From a virus, in the IMG/VR virus record IMGVR_UViG_3300026902_000002: a stretch of 38,691 bases of DNA; one strand, given 5' to 3'. Position 1 is the stretch's first letter. Each line of letters starts with the position of its first letter. Below, one piece after another: positions 1 to 5,710 of the stretch. The position numbers and the translations under genes are program-made. The notes under the pieces were generated by a model that was given only the letters and a program-made list of their open reading frames with translations, searched no databases and was not told where the DNA came from.

Positions 1-130
1 TCGTTCAGTCATTCAATCGCTCATTCGTTCAGTCATTCAATCGCTCATTCGTTCAGTCATTCAATCGCTCATTCGTTCAGTCATTCAATCGCTCATTCGT
101 TCAGTCATTCAATCGCTCATTCGTTCATTC
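1..130. repeat. Tandem array, left part: 5 perfect 24-bp units TCGTTCAGTCATTCAATCGCTCAT (1-120) plus a decayed partial unit
   Basis: Direct reading. Bases 1-106 equal 38586-38691. The unit is built from three 8-mers TCRYTCAN, with TC every 4 nt. Confidence 0.95.
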
Positions 131-207
131 GTGTAGTGATGATGACACGCATTTCATCCAGCGTCAACACCCATTCCAAAAGAAAAAAGAAAAAAGAGAA
201 CCGCACA

Positions 208-288
208 TGTGACAGATGTGACAGATGTGACAGATGTGACAGATGTGACAGATGTGACAGATGCGGCACATGTGACAGATGTGACAGA
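208..288 (+). repeat. 9-bp iteron array TGTGACAGA x9 head-to-tail (8 perfect; unit 262-270 degenerate, TGCGGCACA)
   Basis: Direct reading; units start at 208, 217, 226, 235, 244, 253, 262, 271 and 280. Confidence 0.95.
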
Positions 289-338
289 ATGGCAACATTG
301 ACTAAACCATAACAAATTCAATGATTTACGTGCCCACA

Positions 339-423
339 TGTGACAGATGTGACAGACAAAAATTCAAAAATCTGAAATTTAAACTTCAATGAATTCAATG
401 AGTTAGGCGTTCTCTTGTGACAG
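339..423 (+). repeat. Three further direct TGTGACAGA iterons (339-347, 348-356, 415-423)
   Basis: Exact 9-mer matches to the 208-288 array. Confidence 0.9.
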
Positions 424-450
424 AATTCCTTGCGCACGCGAAAAACCCCA

Positions 451-501
451 TTTTTAGACCTTTTTCTTGTTCTTTTCCACTTTTGCATCTTTTCCCACTT
501 T
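451..501. other. Six T-tracts phased at about 10 bp (starts near 451, 461, 473, 481, 490, 499); predicted intrinsically bent DNA
   Basis: Direct reading of the T3-T5 runs. Their spacing is close to the helical repeat, and they lie between the direct and inverted iterons. Confidence 0.6.
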
Positions 502-505
502 CTGC

Positions 506-596
506 GTGACTTTGTCACAAATGGCCCTCTAAACCATTGATTCTTATATAATTTTAATCAAATTTTTGTCTGTCACACTCGCGACATTCTGTCACA
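506..596 (-). repeat. Inverted-orientation iterons: palindrome GTGAC-TTT-GTCAC (506-518) and exact TCTGTCACA at 569-577 and 588-596
   Basis: TCTGTCACA is the reverse complement of TGTGACAGA. Confidence 0.9.
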
Positions 597-683
597 TGTA
601 CCGCTTTTTCTTCGCTCTTCCTTTATATAGATATAGCTTGGAATAACCCGCTAAAAATATTTTAAATTTTTTCAATTTCGCGC

Positions 684-711
684 TTTACATTACCGCTAAC
701 TGATATATACT
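684..711 (+). promoter_or_regulatory. Candidate sigma70-type early promoter: -35 TTTACA (684-689), 16-nt spacer, -10 TATACT (706-711)
   Basis: Hexamer match read by eye. It sits about 35 nt upstream of the first early ORF. Confidence 0.45.
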
Positions 712-744
712 GAACACATCAACCAACAAATGAGGGTTAACAAA

Positions 745-927
745 ATGAAAGATCTCAAAACTGAAACTTATTATATGAATGTCTCCACCGGCTCAGTCGA
801 TACCAGGGACGGCTGGGACTATGAAGACGAAACCGGTCAGACGGTTAACGCGGCAGATCGTGGGGAGGTCGTTGAAGTTGAGTTTACTGAATGCCTGCCT
901 GGTGAATGGGTACTTGTAAATAGATAA
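745..927 (+). CDS. 60-aa acidic small protein, unknown function (first early gene)
   Basis: ORF 730..927 trimmed to the ATG at 745, which follows GAGGG (731-735). Confidence 0.6.
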   Translation: MKDLKTETYYMNVSTGSVDTRDGWDYEDETGQTVNAADRGEVVEVEFTECLPGEWVLVNR

Positions 928-952
928 CAAACAACAACTGAGGAGAACGAAC

Positions 953-1138
953 ATGAAGAAACTACAAATGAACACGCCGGACGGATGGCTTTATGTATTC
1001 TGCAACAATGGCGGGAAAGTGATAACGCTATCAGAACGCGACAAGGCTAAGGCGCTACCGTCTCAAACATGGATGGCAGAAGCCGACCTCGCATACTTTA
1101 GCAATAAATTTGCCAATTCTGAATTCAGGCTGGCATAA
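953..1138 (+). CDS. 61-aa protein, unknown function
   Basis: ORF track; ATG preceded by GAGGAGAA. Confidence 0.6.
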   Translation: MKKLQMNTPDGWLYVFCNNGGKVITLSERDKAKALPSQTWMAEADLAYFSNKFANSEFRLA

Positions 1139-1151
1139 CTGGAGAACGACC

Positions 1152-1223
1152 ATGACTCACACGACATCAGAAAGCTTTCATCCTATGCGCGGACATGTGC
1201 ATGACGGCGCAACAACAAACTAA
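1152..1223 (+). CDS. Speculative 23-codon micro-ORF (MTHTTSESFHPMRGHVHDGATTN)
   Basis: Below the ORF-track cutoff. It has the same initiation context GGAGAACGAxCATGA as the 953 gene. Confidence 0.3.
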   Translation: MTHTTSESFHPMRGHVHDGATTN

Positions 1224-1224
1224 T

Positions 1225-1245
1225 CAAACGAGGATTATCAAAATG
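1225..1245 (+). promoter_or_regulatory. Conserved translation-initiation cassette CAAACGAGGATTATCAAAATG, copy 1
   Basis: Same 21-mer at 1923-1943 and, with one extra A, at 2633-2654. Confidence 0.8.
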
Positions 1246-1872
1246 ACCGAATACAAATATCAAGTCGCAATCCAGATTAATCATTTGCGCGCTGTGCGCC
1301 TATTTACTGCCACTAAAAATACCAAGCAATATCTTTGCGGCGTGGCGATAAAAAATGGCTATCTTATTGGCGCAAACGATCACTATATCGGCGCCATAAA
1401 ATACACCGATGTCTTGACTGGCCTCCCTGAATTAATCATTCCAAATACACAAATTGATTTTTATCTGAAAAAGACAAAGCGGGCGAAAATAGGCATAGTT
1501 GTCATCGAATGGAACGACGATAAAAAAGGACGGATGACAGACGGGGATAATGAGGAACGATTCATCGGTGTGGATGGATTGTACCCAGACATAACACGAG
1601 TATTCCCGACCCATACTAAAGCAGGAGAGAGTGCCCAGTTCCAGTGGTCTTATCTTACTGTCTTTGAAAAAGCAGCTATTGAGCTTGGTGTTTGTAAAAA
1701 TGAGCCATTCAAAGCGTCATTGCTTCCAAACGGCACCGATACCGCCTGGGTGATGATACCGGGCTACCCGGAATTTGTCGGCGTTTTAATGCCAATGCGA
1801 TTGAAGCCGGTTTCGAACTGCTTAGTGCAGATTGATTATGGCAGCGCTATCGAAAAAGAAGAAATACTTTAA
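1243..1872 (+). CDS. 209-aa protein, tentatively a beta-sliding-clamp (DnaN)-like two-domain protein
   Basis: ORF 1195..1872 trimmed to the ATG inside the conserved initiation cassette. Clamp-like strings: LRAVRLFTATKNTKQYLCGVAIKNGYLIGANDHY and VDGLYPDITRVFP (compare DnaN idG.fPdy..viP). Confidence 0.6.
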   Translation: MTEYKYQVAIQINHLRAVRLFTATKNTKQYLCGVAIKNGYLIGANDHYIGAIKYTDVLTGLPELIIPNTQIDFYLKKTKRAKIGIVVIEWNDDKKGRMTDGDNEERFIGVDGLYPDITRVFPTHTKAGESAQFQWSYLTVFEKAAIELGVCKNEPFKASLLPNGTDTAWVMIPGYPEFVGVLMPMRLKPVSNCLVQIDYGSAIEKEEIL

Positions 1873-1922
1873 TTTATCACTTTGCATTACTAGTAACTAT
1901 GCTAAACTAAATACACAAACAA

Positions 1923-1943
1923 CAAACGAGGATTATCAAAATG
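1923..1943 (+). promoter_or_regulatory. Conserved translation-initiation cassette, copy 2
   Basis: Identical 21-mer to 1225-1245. Confidence 0.8.
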
Positions 1944-2432
1944 GAAACTAAAGACGCTAAAGAGCAAGCCGCTACACAGTATTCTTCAATAGTAGCAATG
2001 CTGGACGCCATTAATTGTGATTATGATCGTTTAACCGAATTGACAGAAGAACGCGAAGAGCTGGTAGAGCTAGGTTCACATGCCGAGCTTATCGAATGGG
2101 ACAGAGAAAACGGCGAAGAGCTGGAAGAGCTTAATGAAGCAGCCGGCGAGTACACAGACCAAGATGACGCTATGGCGGCATTGTACGACTCACCCCTTGA
2201 AGTATTAGTGCGTAGCGGCTGGGCTGGAATAGGTGAAGAGTTAGAGGCCGAAGAGTTTGTGATTTTGTTGTGTACAGGTGGTCCTGCTGTTCGCATTAGG
2301 GGCAATTTAGATGGCTACGATGTAACAGCGGCCTGGCTTGAATATCAAGACTGGGGCACACCATGGACGCACTATACAGGTGCGTCACAAAGCGTACTTA
2401 TTGAATTTGCGCAATATTTTTTTAGTAACTAA
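1941..2432 (+). CDS. 163-aa strongly acidic protein (E/D-rich N-terminal two thirds), unknown function
   Basis: ORF track plus the conserved initiation cassette; composition read from the translation. Confidence 0.75.
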   Translation: METKDAKEQAATQYSSIVAMLDAINCDYDRLTELTEEREELVELGSHAELIEWDRENGEELEELNEAAGEYTDQDDAMAALYDSPLEVLVRSGWAGIGEELEAEEFVILLCTGGPAVRIRGNLDGYDVTAAWLEYQDWGTPWTHYTGASQSVLIEFAQYFFSN

Positions 2433-2448
2433 ATCAGGAGAGTGAAAT

Positions 2449-2625
2449 ATGTGTTGTGACAATTTAATGACCCAACGCGATCAGGATTTGCTTGTTGTGG
2501 GAAAGTGTGATGATTGCGGCGCATGTGTTGATAGTGACGGATGCTGTATTGAGCTTGACGATTGCAGCTATTCGCCTCTGGCATGCAGTAAATGCGGGCA
2601 CCGTCCATGTGATCTTTCCTGTTAA
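2449..2625 (+). CDS. 58-aa Cys-rich protein (12 Cys; MCCDNLMTQRDQDLLVVGKCDDCGACVDSDGCCIELDDCSYSPLACSKCGHRPCDLSC)
   Basis: Not in the ORF track (under 60 aa). ATG follows CAGGAGAG (2435-2442) and the ORF exactly fills the gap between neighbouring genes. Confidence 0.6.
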   Translation: MCCDNLMTQRDQDLLVVGKCDDCGACVDSDGCCIELDDCSYSPLACSKCGHRPCDLSC

Positions 2626-2632
2626 TGATAAA

Positions 2633-2654
2633 CAAACGAGGATTATCAAAAATG
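2633..2654 (+). promoter_or_regulatory. Conserved translation-initiation cassette, copy 3 (one extra A)
   Basis: CAAACGAGGATTATCAAAAATG. Confidence 0.8.
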
Positions 2655-3245
2655 AAAAACTACACAGTCAATGAGGTTCTAAAAATTGCAGAATATGACG
2701 AAGAATCGTGGGTCTATTTTGTGGAGGCAGACGGCGAAGACATTACAATAACAGTAAGTGAATGGGACGGTGATTACAATTATGGTATGCGCGGTGATAA
2801 AGACGGGTCGATCACACTTGATGGTCCGGGGAACGGCTCAGTCTATCGCAAAGGCCATGGGAATGGGCACGCTTGGCGTTTTGGTACTGGCAACGGATCG
2901 GCTTATCGTACTGGCGCGGGCGATGGTTCAGCCTTTCGTACTGGCGTAGGTGAGGGGTCGGCGTATCGTTTTGATTCTGGTGACGGTACGGCATTCCGAG
3001 ATAATCTAGGATCCGGATATGCGGTTCGTGAGGGTGGCGATATTAAATCAGAGGAGGCAAAAATGGAAAAAGTAACTGAAGAAAATTCAGATGAACGGGC
3101 AGCGTATTTGACCACGTGCGAGCTGTGGCTTACAGAAAACACCCCGTTGCGCGAAGAGCTTGCGTATCGAGATGGCCATAAAGCTGGATGGAATAACGCG
3201 ATTAAACAAATGGGAAAACTAATAGACGGGAAAGTTTTATCATGA
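2652..3245 (+). CDS. 197-aa protein with seven tandem 10-residue Gly-rich repeats (G-x-G-[NDE]-G-S-A-[YFW]-R-x); probable beta-solenoid, unknown function
   Basis: ORF 2625..3245 trimmed to the ATG in the conserved cassette. Repeats: GPGNGSVYRK GHGNGHAWRF GTGNGSAYRT GAGDGSAFRT GVGEGSAYRF DSGDGTAFRD NLGSGYAVRE. Confidence 0.8.
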   Translation: MKNYTVNEVLKIAEYDEESWVYFVEADGEDITITVSEWDGDYNYGMRGDKDGSITLDGPGNGSVYRKGHGNGHAWRFGTGNGSAYRTGAGDGSAFRTGVGEGSAYRFDSGDGTAFRDNLGSGYAVREGGDIKSEEAKMEKVTEENSDERAAYLTTCELWLTENTPLREELAYRDGHKAGWNNAIKQMGKLIDGKVLS

Positions 3246-3949
3246 AGATTGAAATTAAACGCAGTAGCGGCAGTCGAGTTTTATTCTCACACGAAGCAGA
3301 AGACAATTCGATGAGACTTACTTTAACCGCAGCACGGTATGCTGGAGCAAACTTGACTGGAGCAAACTTGACTGGAGCTGATTTGACTAGAGCTGATTTG
3401 ACTAATGCAAATTTGACTATAGCTGATTTGACTAATGCAAATTTGACTAGAGCTGATTTGACTAATGTAAATTTGACTGGAGCTGATTTGACTAGAGCTG
3501 ATTTGACTAATGTAAATTTGACTGGAGCAAACTTGACTGATGCTGATTTGACTAATGCAAATTTGACTAGAGCTGATTTGACTAATGTAAATTTGACTGG
3601 AGCTGATTTGACTAGAGCTGATTTGACTAATGTAAATTTGACTGGAGCAAACTTGACTGATGCTAAGCTATCGGGCGCGATGATTGAAGGGTATTGCTTG
3701 TTAATCGGTCAGCGCCCGATATTTCAAATCGGGCCCATTGGTTCACGCTGCGACTACTTTACTGCTTACGTCACAGATAAGGGGCTGAGGTTCGACGCAG
3801 GCTGTCAGAGGCAAATTACGCGCGAAATCTTTGAGTCTCGTCTACATAATGGTCATGGCGATAATATGCATGCTGCTGAATATAAAGCTGCATTAGCTCT
3901 AATTGATATACATGCGGAAATTTGGAGAAACGACAACGTGGAGGAATAA
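3242..3949 (+). CDS. 235-aa pentapeptide-repeat protein (about 24 A[DN]LT[GNRD] repeats) with an unrelated ~90-aa C-terminal domain
   Basis: ORF track; ATGA overlap with the upstream stop. The textbook A(D/N)LXX repeat runs from ANLTGANLTGADLTRADL to ANLTDAKLSGA. Confidence 0.9.
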   Translation: MKIEIKRSSGSRVLFSHEAEDNSMRLTLTAARYAGANLTGANLTGADLTRADLTNANLTIADLTNANLTRADLTNVNLTGADLTRADLTNVNLTGANLTDADLTNANLTRADLTNVNLTGADLTRADLTNVNLTGANLTDAKLSGAMIEGYCLLIGQRPIFQIGPIGSRCDYFTAYVTDKGLRFDAGCQRQITREIFESRLHNGHGDNMHAAEYKAALALIDIHAEIWRNDNVEE

Positions 3950-4019
3950 TCATGCTGGCTGGGCGAATGCGATTAAACAAATGGGGAAACTACTTGATGA
4001 CGTTAAACTGGAGGGATGA
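3912..4019 (+). pseudogene. Relic duplicate of the 3' end of the 2652..3245 gene (frame ends ..HAGWANAIKQMGKLLDDVKLEG*)
   Basis: Compare ..HKAGWNNAIKQMGKLIDGKVLS* at 3176-3245. The 17-nt core GCGATTAAACAAATGGG is identical at 3198-3214 and 3968-3984. Confidence 0.5.
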
Positions 4020-4020
4020 A

Positions 4021-4266
4021 ATGCGAGACAGATATATAGAAGAAGAATTCCCTAGATATTTTGTTTTTGGGCCGCACCATGATGATGGCCGCGTGGATAT
4101 ATCTACGGTGAAGAATTCAACGCTGGCAACGGTGAGTCCATTAGACGCTGAAACGTTGATTGCAGATAGGGCCGCCGCAGTGACAATGATATGTAACATG
4201 GCGCGGGCGTTCAATGCGGCTGCCCCGGACGATTTTACAAAATTCTGGTATGGGGAGACAAAATGA
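4021..4266 (+). CDS. 81-aa protein, unknown function
   Basis: ORF 3922..4266 trimmed to the ATG at 4021, which follows GGAGGGA. The upstream part of the ORF is the relic region read in another frame. Confidence 0.6.
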   Translation: MRDRYIEEEFPRYFVFGPHHDDGRVDISTVKNSTLATVSPLDAETLIADRAAAVTMICNMARAFNAAAPDDFTKFWYGETK

Positions 4267-4646
4267 AAGACTGGGTGCCTAAGGCTATAAGGTTTTTTAA
4301 ATGCGTCGGTAACACGATAGGCTTAGCAGCAAAACCATCCAAATACGACATTTATTACAAAACGTCTACGCCCGTGACTTTAACAATGAACGGCAAGGTA
4401 TATAGATTGTCGGATGTATCGTATAAGGATAAGACATATAAGGCCGGAATTGTAGCAGTGGGCAATGATGTATATAGGTTTGAATATGATCTAATATATC
4501 GTGGCTATTTGATCAATGGCGGTAATGGGGTCAGGTTGTATACCGCTACGGATGACTTATTGACGGCAAAATCGTATTTGTTTAATTACTTACTTGAGCA
4601 GTCAGACATGAAACGACAAGCACAAGAGGAGGATGTTGCAAAATGA
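4263..4646 (+). CDS. 127-aa protein, unknown function
   Basis: ORF track; ATGA overlap with the upstream gene. Confidence 0.7.
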   Translation: MKDWVPKAIRFFKCVGNTIGLAAKPSKYDIYYKTSTPVTLTMNGKVYRLSDVSYKDKTYKAGIVAVGNDVYRFEYDLIYRGYLINGGNGVRLYTATDDLLTAKSYLFNYLLEQSDMKRQAQEEDVAK

Positions 4647-4831
4647 AAATTCAATCACTTAGTCAGATTCAGGAGTTATCCATAAGTAACCGTAGCGCCC
4701 AGTGCAGGCAGTGTAGGGGGCGATGGTTTGATGGAAGCGGTGAGTACTTGCGCATTAGGCAGTTTGGTTTATGTGCAAAGTGTGTAGCAGATACGACAAA
4801 TAATTCTACAATTATTACAGAGAAGGAGTAA
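4643..4831 (+). CDS. 62-aa putative zinc-ribbon protein (CRQC..17 aa..CAKC)
   Basis: ORF track; ATGA overlap; two CxxC pairs. Confidence 0.65.
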   Translation: MKIQSLSQIQELSISNRSAQCRQCRGRWFDGSGEYLRIRQFGLCAKCVADTTNNSTIITEKE

Positions 4832-4834
4832 CAC

Positions 4835-4933
4835 ATGGGCGCAGACGATGAAAGTTTTAGCCAGCAAAAATTCTGGGTAGTGATCGGGGTGATTATATTC
4901 GCCGAGCAATTTATAAACTATTTTTTAAACTGA
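4835..4933 (+). CDS. 32-aa hydrophobic micro-protein (MGADDESFSQQKFWVVIGVIIFAEQFINYFLN)
   Basis: Below the ORF-track cutoff; strong SD GAAGGAG 6 nt upstream; one hydrophobic segment. Confidence 0.45.
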   Translation: MGADDESFSQQKFWVVIGVIIFAEQFINYFLN

Positions 4934-4940
4934 GGCGTAC

Positions 4941-5102
4941 ATGCAAACAAGCGAAAAGATCAAAGAGTCAAACCGAAAGACACAGGAAACGTTCAGAGCC
5001 AATCAACGTGCAATGGGGCGCGTTCGATGGCATGAATGGGTGACTATAGAAGAGAAAGAGGTACTCAAGAACGTTTTGGCACAGATCAGAGGGGAAGCAT
5101 GA
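4941..5102 (+). CDS. 53-aa basic protein, possibly a small DNA-binding (RHH-like) protein
   Basis: Below the ORF-track cutoff; GAGG 5 nt upstream; ATGA overlap with the next gene. Sequence: MQTSEKIKESNRKTQETFRANQRAMGRVRWHEWVTIEEKEVLKNVLAQIRGEA. Confidence 0.45.
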   Translation: MQTSEKIKESNRKTQETFRANQRAMGRVRWHEWVTIEEKEVLKNVLAQIRGEA

Positions 5103-5305
5103 GAGCTAAAATTGTAGAAAATCTACTTGATGTTATAGAGCAAGAAATGGGTGAAGCTGAAGGCCACAGGTATGACAAAGATTTTCTTGCCCTTTGTGGC
5201 CGTATCGCTGGAAAGGAAGTTGACCTAGTTTTTACCGCTGGCGACGCATTTGAGGCGATAGACAATAACTACTGGCTCCCAGATTGCTGCTGGGTTGTCA
5301 TATAA
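5099..5305 (+). CDS. 68-aa protein, unknown function
   Basis: ORF 5036..5305 trimmed to the ATG at 5099, which follows GAGGGGAAG and makes an ATGA overlap. Confidence 0.6.
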   Translation: MRAKIVENLLDVIEQEMGEAEGHRYDKDFLALCGRIAGKEVDLVFTAGDAFEAIDNNYWLPDCCWVVI

Positions 5306-5336
5306 CACAGGCATTAAGGCTGCGCCGTAAGGCGTC
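5303..5336 (+). repeat. 34-bp junction repeat, copy 1 (TAACACAGGCATTAAGGCTGCGCCGTAAGGCGTC)
   Basis: Perfect copy at 5631-5664. It starts at the TAA stop of the upstream ORF and contains the stem CGCC-GTAA-GGCG. Confidence 0.95.
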
Positions 5337-5384
5337 ACGCCTGGATTGATTTGTTAGGTTGCAACCAATTAAGAGGATTGAGAG

Positions 5385-5633
5385 ATGAATGAGTTTGGGA
5401 TGTACCCGAGCAACACCGATGAAGTGCGCCGATGGGAGTCTGAGCGCGAGAACGCAACAGCGAGGCTTGAGCTGGCGAGAATGCGGGAGTGCTGCAAGTT
5501 GCTCGTATCACAGCACGATCCCGTGCATAGCCTCGGCATTGACCGCGACGCGCTACGAATTTTGTTGGGGTTTGTGCAGCATCACGACGTAAAGAGGCTG
5601 CGGCGTGATTGTGAGGCCCACATTGCAACCTAA
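5385..5633 (+). CDS. 82-aa protein, unknown function (cassette between the 34-bp repeats)
   Basis: ORF track; ATG follows GAGGATTGAGAG. By eye it is more GC-rich than the flanking early genes. Confidence 0.65.
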   Translation: MNEFGMYPSNTDEVRRWESERENATARLELARMRECCKLLVSQHDPVHSLGIDRDALRILLGFVQHHDVKRLRRDCEAHIAT

Positions 5634-5664
5634 CACAGGCATTAAGGCTGCGCCGTAAGGCGTC
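5631..5664 (+). repeat. 34-bp junction repeat, copy 2
   Basis: Identical to 5303-5336; again starts at a TAA stop codon. Confidence 0.95.
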
Positions 5665-5710
5665 GGGCCTTGAATAACTTGCTATGCCGGTTTTAACTAA
5701 GGATGAAACG

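Noticed and set aside
1-130. CRISPR array hypothesis for the terminal 24-bp repeats and the 9-bp repeats
   Set aside because: The units are directly abutting with no unique spacers, the unit lengths are too short, and there are no cas genes. These are tandem repeats or iterons, not CRISPR.
154-518. Minus-strand ORFs 154..339 and 318..518 from the ORF track
   Set aside because: They are translations of the TGTGACAGA iterons (VTSVTSVTS...) and of AT-rich spacer. They have no SD and are low-complexity. I treat the region as non-coding regulatory or origin DNA.
1872-1941. Internal sigma70-like promoter TTTGCA-N16-TAAACT in the gap before the acidic protein gene
   Set aside because: Both hexamers match only 4/6. 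I cannot distinguish this from chance in AT-rich DNA.
2758-3142. Alternative-frame and antisense ORFs inside the Gly-rich repeat gene (2758..2949 +, 2812..2994 -, 2903..3142 -)
   Set aside because: They are open only because of the repetitive GC-rich codons of the decapeptide repeats. The frame with the conserved initiation cassette and regular repeat is the real one.
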